Part shown: positions 11,279 through 21,608 of the stretch, in pieces
Numbering within the stretch: position 1 is the stretch's first letter
Layout: each line of letters begins with the position of its first letter
DNA from: an uncultured Phycisphaerales bacterium
GTDB lineage: Bacteria; Planctomycetota; B15-G4
Assembly (NCBI GenBank): GCA_964490005.1
Contig: CAZBBB010000004.1
Coordinates: 888-64,887, forward strand
Reading direction: 5' to 3'
DNA length: 64,000 nt
Position numbers and translations under genes: made by a program
The notes under the pieces: generated by a model
What the model was told of the DNA's origin: nothing
The model's input: the letters and a program-made list of their open reading frames with translations, nothing else
The model's database searches: none

Positions 11279-11357
11279 GCGGCTGTCAGATCGGGAAGGG
11301 GGCGGGTCGTCTCGGCCCGGTCGGCTTCGGGTTCCCGGCGATGGAAGGATTCCACTG

Positions 11358-12053
11358 ATGACCAGCTTCGACCACGTCTTCGCGCTGCGGGGCCTGCTCT
11401 CCTCCCGGTCCGCGCCGCCGGGACCCGAGTGTCCGAACGACGAACTCCTCGCGGCCTACGCCGACGTGCTGCTCCCGATCCGGGCGCGCGAGAGTGTCGA
11501 GAACCACGCCCTGCACTGCGCCCCGTGCCACGAACTCGTGCGCGCGCTGGTCGATGCCGGCATCGTCCGGAGCGAACCGGTCCGCGTCGGATTGCGCGCG
11601 ACCAGCTCCACCCCGACGGTCGTCACCATCATCGGGCGCCTCGTGCAGCGCGGCATCGAACTGCTCAATCAGGCCGACCTGTCGTTCGGAGCGCGGGGCG
11701 CGCCCGTGCCGGTGCCGGCCCTCGGCGGATTGCGGAGCACGACCGCGGCGGCCGACCTCGTGTCCATCAAGGGTCCCGGTCACGGCATCGACGATATCGA
11801 GCTGCAGGTCCAGCCCAACGGCACGGCGCGGCTGGGTGTCCGCTGCGACGCGCTGCCCGACCTGCCGGCCGACGAGGTGCTCTCGATCGTCCTCGCGGTC
11901 GATGGCGCGCCGCGCGAGAAGCGGCCCTTCGACGGCAGCCCGGTGAGCTTCGCGCCGATCGGCCTCGGCCGCTACGAGATCCGCCTCGTGGCACGCGCGC
12001 CCGGCCGGCAGGCGCGCGAGTTGTCGCGCGCGGTGATCGACCTCAGCGCCTGA
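11358..12053 (+). CDS. Zinc-binding anti-sigma factor (ZAS-type)
   Basis: 231 aa with the HxxxCxxC motif HALHCAPCHELV near the N-terminus. It lies 79 nt downstream of the ECF-like sigma gene. Confidence 0.55.
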   Translation: MTSFDHVFALRGLLSSRSAPPGPECPNDELLAAYADVLLPIRARESVENHALHCAPCHELVRALVDAGIVRSEPVRVGLRATSSTPTVVTIIGRLVQRGIELLNQADLSFGARGAPVPVPALGGLRSTTAAADLVSIKGPGHGIDDIELQVQPNGTARLGVRCDALPDLPADEVLSIVLAVDGAPREKRPFDGSPVSFAPIGLGRYEIRLVARAPGRQARELSRAVIDLSA

Positions 12054-14664
12054 GTTCGGCGCGCCGCAGCTGTGCCGCGCGCTGCAGTTCCCGATCCGCG
12101 GCCTCGGCCTCGAGGCTGGAGCGCAGCACGACGGCCTTGAGCAAGGCGAGGCGCACGCTCGGCAGTTCCGCCGCGCTCGTCCGCTCCCAGACATCCGCGA
12201 AGCGGCCGAAGTCGCCGTAGAGCGCGAGCGGCTCCAGCAGCGCCTCGAGCGCCAGGGCGCGCCGCGGGTCGTCCCCGCCGACCTGTGCGTACTGTTCGAC
12301 CTCGCGCTCGAAGGCCCCCCAATCGACGTCGGGCCGGATCTCGAGCAGCATCTCGTTGACCTCGCCGACGCGGTACTCGTAGCCGGAATGGATGGCGAGG
12401 CCGTGCAGGAGCGGTCGCGGCCAACCCTGCGAGGGCGGCCCTCCGACCGCGACCGTCGAGAAGTCGGCGGATCCCGACGGCAAGCCGGCCAGCGCCGCCC
12501 AGCCGCGACCGCCCGCCCCGGCCGTCCGGATCAGGCGCGCACCGCGATGCGCCGGCGCGGACTCGGCGAGAGTTGACATTCCCGCGCCGTCCAGGAGCAG
12601 CAGGGCGGCCAGGTCGGCCGGGTCCCGCAGCCGGGTGCGGCCGGCAGCCGGTGCGAGTCGCGCGAGACGCTCGTGCAACTCCTCCGCATCGAGGCGCCCC
12701 GTCTCGTCGGCCCAGCCGACGAGGGCCACGTGCGGCGCGTCGAGTTCGCGCATCTCGACGAAGGCGGCGCTCGCGGCGCCGAACGCGGAAGCGAACGCCG
12801 CCAGACGCGCTTCCAGCGCGGCGGCATCGACACCCGAGGCATCGATCCACGCCAGGCAGCGTCCGCCGGGGCCCAGCAACTCCTGCGCCCGTCCCAGCGC
12901 CTCCGACGTGAGCGTGTCGTGGTCGTCCAAGGCGCCGAGCAGCACGATCGTGTCGAACTCGCCGGGCGCGGCATCGCGGAGAGCCACCGCCGGATCGAGC
13001 ACGCGCCCGGCCTGCCACCCCGACGAGCCGAGGGCCTCGAGCAGGATGCGCGTCAGCATCGATCCGAACGGGGTCGGACTGGCGACCATCGTTTCGCTCG
13101 CCAGCCCCGCGTCGTTCAGATCCGCCGCCAGCAGTTCGGCGCCGCGACCCGCAATCAGCGTGCGGCCCCGACGGGCGAACAGGCGCGTAAGGCGCGCGAG
13201 GCTGCCGCCCGGGCCGATGGGAGCCGCGCCCGCGAACGCCGTCCGGCCGCCGACCCGCAGCCCGTAGCAGCGTCGCGGTTCGGACGGCTCGCCCCCCTCC
13301 TCGTCGTCGTGCGTCGAGCTGGCTGCGAGGCGCTCGACGAGCCGCCCACCTTCGTCGAGGTCGTAGACCGGCTCGAGGCACGTGCAGGTGTGCTTCCACG
13401 CCGCGCGCCCCTCGAGACTGTGACTGCTGCGGTCGGGCGTCGAGAACAGCACCACGTCTTCGAGCGGCGCGCGCTCGAAGGCCTCGACCGTGAACTCCCC
13501 GGGGCGCCGCACTTCGTCGTAGGCCGGTCGCGACTCGGGCGCCACCACCAGGAACGGAACGGCCGCAAGCGGGGCCGCCCAGACGCCCCGCCTGCCGGCG
13601 AACCCGATCACCCCCGCGACCAGCGCCGCACCCGAGGCCGACAGCAGCATGAGCGCGGGCGACGTCTGCGGCGCGATCTCCGTGAGGACCGTCGCCGCCA
13701 GCGCCGCGCCGACGCCCAGGCACAACGCGCCGGCGGCCCGCGCATCGAGCGTCGCCAGCGCGAGTCCCGCCCCGATGAGCGGACGCGCCGCGAACATGAG
13801 CAACCACAGGCGCCAGTCGTCGACCAGCGGCCAACCGCGCCCGCCCCACAGCGCCAGCTTGCGCGTGAGCTCGACCTGGATCATGGGCTCGCGGTGGAGC
13901 GCGAGCGGCTCGATCAGCAGCACGAGGAGCACGGCCAGCACGAGACCGCCCGCACCGGCGAGCAGGCGACGCATCGGGCCCGCCGACGCCACGACGCGGC
14001 CCAGGGCGGCGAGCAGCGCGACGGGGACCGTCAGTACGCAAATGATGTCGGTGCTCGCGTGCGGTCCGGGCCCGACGTAGGCAGGGACGACGCGCGCCAG
14101 CACGAGGCCCAGCGCGCCGACGGCGAATCCGCACAGGGCGGCGCGCAGGCACGACCCGTCGCGCACGTCGCCGACGAGATGCTCCGGCTGTCCGCCACGC
14201 AGCGCCTCCCTGCCCGCCGTCAACGCGGTCGCGACGACGGCGCCCAGCAGCCAGGCGGGCATGAGCGCGCCCGCGCCCCACCAGGAGGCCGCAACCTGCG
14301 CAAGGGCGATGCCGAGCAGCGCGGTGGACAGTCCGCCGCGCAGGCACGGGTGCAGCAGCCTGCCCAGCACGAAACCGACGGGCAGCAGCGAAACGGCCGC
14401 CGCCAGGAGCAGCGCGGCGCGCCCCGCGGGGAGCACGCGCACCAGGACGTCGGCGATCGGGCCGCGCAGGGGAACGAGCAGCGCGAGCGCCACGCCGTCG
14501 GAGAGGTAGGGCACGCGGCGCCGCGACCGCAGGCCGATGCCGACGGCAGCCACGAGCAGGGCCGACGCCAGCGGCTCCTGCCGGAGCCCGAGGCCCGCCG
14601 CCGTTCCCGCCAGCAGCACCTGGACGAGCAGCGCCGCCGCGGCGACCGCCAGCAGCGGGATCAT
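12043..14664 (-). CDS. Polytopic membrane protein with spermidine-synthase-like C-terminal domain
   Basis: Internal start MIPLLAVAAAALL of ORF 12043..15288 (its first 208 aa are R-rich and overlap dapF in another frame). About 12 TM helices are followed by an aminopropyltransferase-fold region. Its ATG overlaps the dapF stop (ATGA at 14661-14664). Confidence 0.45.
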   Translation of the reverse strand: MIPLLAVAAAALLVQVLLAGTAAGLGLRQEPLASALLVAAVGIGLRSRRRVPYLSDGVALALLVPLRGPIADVLVRVLPAGRAALLLAAAVSLLPVGFVLGRLLHPCLRGGLSTALLGIALAQVAASWWGAGALMPAWLLGAVVATALTAGREALRGGQPEHLVGDVRDGSCLRAALCGFAVGALGLVLARVVPAYVGPGPHASTDIICVLTVPVALLAALGRVVASAGPMRRLLAGAGGLVLAVLLVLLIEPLALHREPMIQVELTRKLALWGGRGWPLVDDWRLWLLMFAARPLIGAGLALATLDARAAGALCLGVGAALAATVLTEIAPQTSPALMLLSASGAALVAGVIGFAGRRGVWAAPLAAVPFLVVAPESRPAYDEVRRPGEFTVEAFERAPLEDVVLFSTPDRSSHSLEGRAAWKHTCTCLEPVYDLDEGGRLVERLAASSTHDDEEGGEPSEPRRCYGLRVGGRTAFAGAAPIGPGGSLARLTRLFARRGRTLIAGRGAELLAADLNDAGLASETMVASPTPFGSMLTRILLEALGSSGWQAGRVLDPAVALRDAAPGEFDTIVLLGALDDHDTLTSEALGRAQELLGPGGRCLAWIDASGVDAAALEARLAAFASAFGAASAAFVEMRELDAPHVALVGWADETGRLDAEELHERLARLAPAAGRTRLRDPADLAALLLLDGAGMSTLAESAPAHRGARLIRTAGAGGRGWAALAGLPSGSADFSTVAVGGPPSQGWPRPLLHGLAIHSGYEYRVGEVNEMLLEIRPDVDWGAFEREVEQYAQVGGDDPRRALALEALLEPLALYGDFGRFADVWERTSAAELPSVRLALLKAVVLRSSLEAEAADRELQRAAQLRRAELRR

Positions 14665-15500
14665 CCGCCCGACCAGTGGCCGTCGAACACCAGGCGCGCC
14701 GGCCCCTCGAGCCAAGCCGAACCGTGGCCGCTCCACCGCACGTGCAGTTCGCCTCCCGGCATCCGCACCGCGACGCGATGCGTCTGCATCCAGCCCAGTC
14801 GCATCGCCACGGCGGCGCAGGCCACCGCCCCGGTGCCACACGCTCGCGTCGCGCCCGAGCCGCGCTCCCACGGGCGGGCGACGATCGTCTCCGCATCGGC
14901 AAGCCGGAGGAAGTGCACGTTGGCGCCGTCGGGCAGTTCCGGAGAACGCTCGATGCGGGCTCCGAAGCGCGGCAGGTCGACCGTCTCGGGCTCGGCCACG
15001 CGCACGACGACGTGCGGATTCCCGATGGAGACGCAGAAGCCCGCGTCCGGATCTGCGCCGAGCTCCGCCGGCAGCGGCAACTCGACGGGCGTCGAGCCGT
15101 CTCCGGCCCGCAGGACAGGGATCGCGTCCGGCGAGAAGTCGGGCGGCCCCATGTCGACCTCGGCGCGCGTCGCCGACAGCAGGCGGCCGTGCCGGAGCCC
15201 CGCGGCGGTCTCGACCGTGACCAGCGGCCCGGTCGCGCGTCCGCTCTCGACCAGCCAGCGGATCACGCAACGCAGGCCGTTGCCGCACATGCGCCCCTCG
15301 CTGCCGTCGGCGTTGAAGATGCGCATGCGCGCCACGGCCGCGCCGCGCGGCGGCCCGACCAGGATCAGCCCGTCGCTGCCGATGCCGCGATGGCGGTCGC
15401 TGACCGCCCGCGCCAGCGCGGCCGGATCGCCCACGCGCTCCTCGAACGCGTTGACCAGCACGTAATCGTTGCCCGCGCCCTCGATCTTGATGAAGTGCAT
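14661..15500 (-). CDS. dapF: Diaminopimelate epimerase
   Basis: C-terminal 279 aa of ORF 14661..16793: MHFIKIEGAGNDYVLVN...GNGLRCV...ACGTGAVA (two catalytic Cys regions). Confidence 0.85.
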   Translation of the reverse strand: MHFIKIEGAGNDYVLVNAFEERVGDPAALARAVSDRHRGIGSDGLILVGPPRGAAVARMRIFNADGSEGRMCGNGLRCVIRWLVESGRATGPLVTVETAAGLRHGRLLSATRAEVDMGPPDFSPDAIPVLRAGDGSTPVELPLPAELGADPDAGFCVSIGNPHVVVRVAEPETVDLPRFGARIERSPELPDGANVHFLRLADAETIVARPWERGSGATRACGTGAVACAAVAMRLGWMQTHRVAVRMPGGELHVRWSGHGSAWLEGPARLVFDGHWSGG

Positions 15501-15574
15501 GTCGTCGATCTCCGGCGGGCGAGAGGCCCGTCCGGGCCCTTGCCCGCGACGATACCCGAGCGCACCCCGGCCCT

Positions 15575-17040
15575 TCACGGGCCGGCCACCACGCCGCGCA
15601 GCACGACGAAGTCGCGCCCGCCGGCGTGCAGCTCGCCCACGGCCTCCACGTCCCGGAACGAGCGCCGCACCTCGTCGACGCGCCCGCCGCGCACGCTGCG
15701 ATGCGAAGCGCTCAGTTCGACGACGACCAGCGCGCGCTGCCCGGCCCGCTCCGGCAAGGCCGCGGTGTCCAGGTTCCACAACTCGTACTGCAGCCCCCGT
15801 CCGTGCTTCACGTTGAGCGGGTGGTCGAGCGCCACGACGGGCAGCGTCCCGCGCAGCCCGAACTCGAGCTCCGCGGCCGCGACGTAGTTGTCGGCCACGA
15901 CCAGGTCGACCGGTTCGGTGGCCAGCTCCTCGCGCACGCGGCTCGAGATCTCGTTCCAGCCCGAGAATCCGCCGGCCGGGGCGAAACCGGGCCAGCCGAT
16001 GACCGCATCGGCCAGCACGAGCACGAACAGCGCGGCGCCGAGAAGGGGCGCGGCGCGCGCCGCGAGCGACCAGGCCCGGCCGCGTGCCGCGGCCGCGGCG
16101 AGAACGCGCGGGAGCAGCGGGAGCAGCGCCAGATAGCCGAGCTGCGGCCAGTGCAGGAAGTTGTGGCGCGCATCCGTGAACGGGGCCAGCAGGAAGTACA
16201 GCCCCATCGGCAACGTGGCGAAGCAGGCCGCGCGGGCGCAGGCCTCGTCTCCGCGCCGCGCGGCCGCCCAGGCGCCCCACAGCGCCGCGAGCAGCGCGGC
16301 GTACATGAGCGGCGAGGCCACGAGCGCCTGCTCGAGCGGGTGCATCAGCCAGGCCACCGCGCCGCGCCCGACGCCGTGCCGTTCGGCCAGCTGGTAGCCG
16401 AGCTGCTCGAAGTCGTTCTGCAGGTTGAAGACCAGCATCGGCAGCAACCCCGTCGCCATCACGAGCAGCGCGATCCAGGGGCCGGGGCCGCGCAGGCGCT
16501 TCCGGCCGGCGCGGCTGCCGACCAGCCACAGGGCCGCGGCCGCAGGCAGCAGCACGAAGCGCACGTGGGACGCCAGACCCGCGGCGCCGCACGCCCCCGT
16601 CAGCAACCAGGCCGCCGTCGACCCGCGGCGCGTTGCCCGCTCGAAGGAGGCGATCAGCCCCGCACCGAAGAGCAGCAGCGCGGCGTCGGGCGTCATCAGC
16701 ATCGTCGTCAGCGTCAGCAGCGGCAGAGACAGGCTCAGCGCGGCGGCGCGCCGCGCGTCCCGCTCGCCCACGAGCTGGTGCGCGTGCCTCCACACGACGA
16801 AGGGCAGCGCCGCGCCGGCGAGCAGCGGCAGCAGCCGGACTCCGAAGTTCGTCTCGCCGCCCAGCCAGGCGCCCAGGCCGGCCCAGAGCGCCGCCATGAA
16901 CGGGTGGTCGGCGTAGGCGAGCTGCGGCCGACGCGCGCAGGCGCGGTAGAAGGCCTCGTCGCTGAACAGGTCGAGCTGCGTCGCGGCGAAGACCTTGACG
17001 GCGCAGGCCGCGACGATGCAGGCCAACAGGGTTCTCGGCT

Positions 17041-17044
<4 letters not shown>
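15575..17044 (-). CDS. GT-C family membrane glycosyltransferase (ArnT/PMT-like, GT39/GT83)
   Basis: 489 aa from a GTG start ([16 protein letters not shown]) of ORF 15575..18358. Has a DE motif in the first loop ([10 protein letters not shown]) and more than 10 TM helices. GTGA overlap with the upstream GT2 stop. Confidence 0.6.
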
Positions 17045-17838
<794 letters not shown>

Positions 17839-17870
17839 GGGGCTGTTCTAGGCGGCGCCGCGCGGCGCTG

Positions 17871-19064
17871 TCAATCGCCGCCCCGGACGCGACCGCCGTC
17901 GGCGGGCAGCCAGCGCGCGCGGTCGCGGGGCGACCAGATCGCCAAGGGCCGGCCGCGCCACGCCGAGAGCGGCGCCGGGCCGTAGTCGCGACCGTCACGG
18001 GAGCGGGCCGCGAAGTCGCCCAGGAGCAGCACGTGCCCCGGCGGCACGCGCACGCCACGGATCGGGTCGTGCGCGAGCCCGCCCCGTGCGACGTAGTGCA
18101 CGTCGCGCAGGACCTCGACCTCGAGCAGTTCGACGTCTCCGTCCTCGACGGCCAGGGCCGGCTCGTTGCGCAGCGGCGCGCCCGGAGGCTGCGTCGCGTC
18201 GGCGGGCACGTCCCGGCCGAGCAGCAGGCGCTCGTCGACGAACAGGCGCAGGCCGTCGTCCACGTTCCAGAACAGCACGCGCTGCCCGCGCCGCAGCCCG
18301 GCGAAGTCGGGTGCCGCCGCGACCACGCCGCCGCCCAGGTTGTGGTGCAGCGTCGCACCGCCCGACTCGGCCGGCGCGAGCCGCGCGCGGAACACGTCCG
18401 ACCCCTCGCGCAGTTCGAGCTCGAGCACGCCCCGGCAGTCGCCCACGCGCACGGCCAGGGCCGTGTCGTTCACGGCCACCTCGCCCGCCTGCCCCGGGAG
18501 GCCGTCGTCGATCGACGCCTCGTAGCGCGCCTCGGCGCGCCGGCCTTCGGAAGCCGACAGCCGCACGCCCGCGGGTTCGAGCAGCTCGCTCGTGCCGGGC
18601 CCCAGCCAGCGCCACGGCGAGGAGAGCCCTTCGCCGTGGTGCATCGTCACGAGCATGTCGGCGATGCGCGCCTCGTCGCGCGCCGCGCGCGGCGGTGCGG
18701 GTTCCGGGCCCGCGTGCAGATCGCCGTCGACGAGGGCAATCCACTCGCCGGGCAGGCCCGCGACGCGCTTGATCACGGCTCCGAGTTCGCGCGGCATCGT
18801 CGGATCGATCGCGCCGTCGAAGACCGCCAGGTCGTAGCGCCGCATCGGCCGCGGGTCGACCGCGGCGCGCAGCACGAGCAGGCGGTCGCCGTCCGTCTCG
18901 CTGCCGCGCAGCAGCGGCTCCATCGACGAGGAGCGGATCTGGAACACGTCGATCACGCATCCGCGCACCAGCAGCGCCGGCAGCAGCGCGATGCCCGCCA
19001 GGACCAACCCGCGCCTCGCGCGCGCGGCGCGCGGGACCCCGCCGCCAGCGCTAGTGGACGCCAA
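17871..19064 (-). CDS. lepB: Signal peptidase I (long form)
   Basis: 397 aa. N-terminal TM, an S26 catalytic Ser box (SSSMEPLL) and a C-terminal GDFAARSRDGR box. Confidence 0.7.
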   Translation of the reverse strand: MASTSAGGGVPRAARARRGLVLAGIALLPALLVRGCVIDVFQIRSSSMEPLLRGSETDGDRLLVLRAAVDPRPMRRYDLAVFDGAIDPTMPRELGAVIKRVAGLPGEWIALVDGDLHAGPEPAPPRAARDEARIADMLVTMHHGEGLSSPWRWLGPGTSELLEPAGVRLSASEGRRAEARYEASIDDGLPGQAGEVAVNDTALAVRVGDCRGVLELELREGSDVFRARLAPAESGGATLHHNLGGGVVAAAPDFAGLRRGQRVLFWNVDDGLRLFVDERLLLGRDVPADATQPPGAPLRNEPALAVEDGDVELLEVEVLRDVHYVARGGLAHDPIRGVRVPPGHVLLLGDFAARSRDGRDYGPAPLSAWRGRPLAIWSPRDRARWLPADGGRVRGGD

Positions 19065-20424
19065 GGACGCTCATGAGCGAGATGGCCACCGTGAAGTAGA
19101 TCGCGTAGCCGGTGAGATCGTTCATCGTCTGCAGGAACGGCCCGCTGGCGTAGGCGGGGTCGATCTTCACGCGCTCGCACAGGAACGGGATGAGCGTCCC
19201 CGACAGCGCCGCGACGGTGATCGAGCAGGGCAGCGCGACGCCGACCACCGCCGCCAGCCAGGCCTCCTGCGGCGAGGTCAGGGCCAGGAAGGGGCCCACG
19301 AGCAGGCCGGCGCTCAGGCCGATCATCACGCCCAGCAGCACCTCGCGCGGCAGCACGCGCATCGGCCGCTCGGGATCGACCTCGCCCGTGGCGAAGCCGC
19401 GCACCATGGTCGCCGAGGACTGGCTGCCCACGTTGCCCGCCATCCCGCCGATCATCGGGATGAAGTAGAGCAGCGACTTGTAGGTGCTCGGCACGTCCTC
19501 CAGGATCGGCCCGAACCAGTGCCGTTCGATCTCGCGCAGCAGCAGGCTCGCGCCGAAGCTGCCCGTCAGCGTGATCGCCAGCCACGGCGAGCGCGCGAGG
19601 TAGCGCCGCAGGAGCGGCTGCTTGGTGGGATTGCTGGCGCTCGTGCCCGCCAGGACGAGCACGTCCTCCTCGGCCTCTTCGCCGATGACCTCGATGATGT
19701 CGTCGACGGTGATCACGCCCAGCAGGCGATCGTGCGCGTCGACGACGGGCAGCGACGAGAGGCGATAGTGCTCGACGCGCCGCGCGGCCTCCTCCTGGTC
19801 GGCGTCGGCCCGCACCGAGATCACGGTCGGGTCCATGAGCTCGGCGACGCGGCCGTCGGCCGGCGCGCCGAGCAGGTCCTTGAGCTGCACGACGCCCACG
19901 AGCACCCCGGCCGCGTCGACGACGAACAGCGCGCTGATCGTCTCGGCCTGCTCGGCCTCGTTGACCTTCGCCAGCGCGACGCGCACGCTCGTGTCGCTCG
20001 TGACGGCCACGACTTCGGTCGTCATGATGCCGCCGGCCGTCTCGGGTTCGTAGCGGCCGAGCGCGCTGACCGCGTGGCGATGCTCCTCGTCGAGCGTCGC
20101 GAGCAGGGCCGCGCGCGTCTCCTCCGGGGCCGCCTGCAGGATGTCGGCCGCATCGTCGGGGTCGAGCAGCGCGAGCAGCCGACCGAGACGTTCGGCCGTC
20201 AACCCCGCGACGAGCGTCTCGCGCGTCGGTTCGTCCGTCTCGACGAGCACGTCGGCCGCCTTGGCGTCGCCGAGCAGCGAGAAGACGAGCTGCTGGCCGT
20301 CCTGGTCGAGATCGGGGAGCGCGCGCGCGATGTCCGCCGCGTGGACCTCGCCCCCGCGCGCCCCCACGCCCGCCGGCGCGTGGCGCAGATTCTCGATCAG
20401 ACGGGCGATGTCGGGGTGCTTCAT
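19051..20424 (-). CDS. mgtE: Magnesium transporter
   Basis: Internal Met (MKHPDIARLIENL) of ORF 19051..20469. Tandem CBS domains and a C-terminal 5-TM MgtE domain (GNVGSQSSATMVRG). Confidence 0.85.
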   Translation of the reverse strand: MKHPDIARLIENLRHAPAGVGARGGEVHAADIARALPDLDQDGQQLVFSLLGDAKAADVLVETDEPTRETLVAGLTAERLGRLLALLDPDDAADILQAAPEETRAALLATLDEEHRHAVSALGRYEPETAGGIMTTEVVAVTSDTSVRVALAKVNEAEQAETISALFVVDAAGVLVGVVQLKDLLGAPADGRVAELMDPTVISVRADADQEEAARRVEHYRLSSLPVVDAHDRLLGVITVDDIIEVIGEEAEEDVLVLAGTSASNPTKQPLLRRYLARSPWLAITLTGSFGASLLLREIERHWFGPILEDVPSTYKSLLYFIPMIGGMAGNVGSQSSATMVRGFATGEVDPERPMRVLPREVLLGVMIGLSAGLLVGPFLALTSPQEAWLAAVVGVALPCSITVAALSGTLIPFLCERVKIDPAYASGPFLQTMNDLTGYAIYFTVAISLMSVLGVH

Positions 20425-20525
20425 GGGCCTCCGGCGCGCAGGGTAGCCCCGCGGCCGGCACGTCACCATCCCGCGGCAGGGGTTACTCTGAGCGCCGGGC
20501 AGTCGTACGGGAGGCCCTTCGAGGA

Positions 20526-21575
20526 GTGCGCGGGTCGATGAACGAGCAGGAGGCGCTGGCCGCGATGCTGACCGCCGTCGACGAGGGGGGCGCGGGTCTC
20601 GACGCGCTCGTCGCGGCGCGCCCGCGCGAGGGGCTGTTCTTCGGCGAGTTGCAGCGCCTGGGACTCGACGACACGGAAGTCGAGCTGGTGCTCGCCGCGC
20701 TCGCGTCGCGCCTGTCGGGCGAACTGCCCTGCACGGGCGCCGAGCTGGCGCGCCGCACCGGCGCCGGATCGGCCCGGCGTCTCGCCGCCCTCGCCCGACT
20801 GACGGCCGACGGCGCGCTCGTCGCCCGCGGCCTGCTGCAGCCCGACATCTCGCCGCTCGACTCGGTCGAGGCCGAAGCGACGTCCTTCCGACTCGGCGAA
20901 CGCCTGCTGCGCGCGGCCAGCGGCCCCTTCGCGCCGCCGCCCGCCGCGCCGCCGCCCGACCCGACGCCCTACGCCTCCAACGCGGCGCTGCTGTCCGACC
21001 TGCGCCGGCTGAGCCAGGTCTACCGGCGCCGCGCCGCGCGGTTGTTCCGGCTCGACCCCTGGTCGGCCACCGAGCTCGATTCGAGCGCTCCGGCCGGCGA
21101 CCTGCTCGACCTGTCCCGCAGCGAGGCCGCGCGCGTGCAGCAACGCCTCGCGCTCACGACCTCGCGCGAGCAGCTCCCCCTGCTCGTGCTGGCCGACGAA
21201 CACCGCCTCGACCTCGACGCCCTCGTCGTGCTCGCGACCCTGCTTTTCCAGGAGGTGCTCGAGGGCGTCGGCGCCGTCGACGCGGTCGACCTGGTGCGCC
21301 TCGTCAGCGAGAGCGAGCACGACCTGATCAAGCGGCGCACCATGCTGCAGCCGCTCGAGCGGCGCGGACTGCTGCGGCTGGAGGGCGCCTACGCGGGCAA
21401 GGACCTCACCGCCGACGCCTCGCTGCCGGAGTCCGTGCTGCGGTCCATGCTGGGCTCGCCGCGCGTCATCGACACCGACGACCGCATCGACTTCCACGCC
21501 TACCTCAGCCAGCTCGACTCCTCGGATTCGTTCTTCGACGACCTGCACGGTCAGTCGCCGCCCGACGCCGACTGA
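20526..21575 (+). CDS. Hypothetical protein
   Basis: 349-aa ORF with ordinary coding composition. No recognisable motifs. Confidence 0.4.
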   Translation: MRGSMNEQEALAAMLTAVDEGGAGLDALVAARPREGLFFGELQRLGLDDTEVELVLAALASRLSGELPCTGAELARRTGAGSARRLAALARLTADGALVARGLLQPDISPLDSVEAEATSFRLGERLLRAASGPFAPPPAAPPPDPTPYASNAALLSDLRRLSQVYRRRAARLFRLDPWSATELDSSAPAGDLLDLSRSEAARVQQRLALTTSREQLPLLVLADEHRLDLDALVVLATLLFQEVLEGVGAVDAVDLVRLVSESEHDLIKRRTMLQPLERRGLLRLEGAYAGKDLTADASLPESVLRSMLGSPRVIDTDDRIDFHAYLSQLDSSDSFFDDLHGQSPPDAD

Positions 21576-21608
21576 GCGCGTCGCGGGCCGCGGGGCTTTC
21601 CCGCTAGA

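Noticed and set aside
11972-16793. ORF 11972..14902 (976 aa), the N-terminal 208 aa of ORF 12043..15288, and the N-terminal about 430 aa of ORF 14661..16793
   Set aside because: These R/G/A-rich segments overlap real genes (SpeE-like, dapF, GT-C) in other frames. Only the motif-bearing C-terminal parts were kept, with internal starts supported by ATGA/GTGA coupling.
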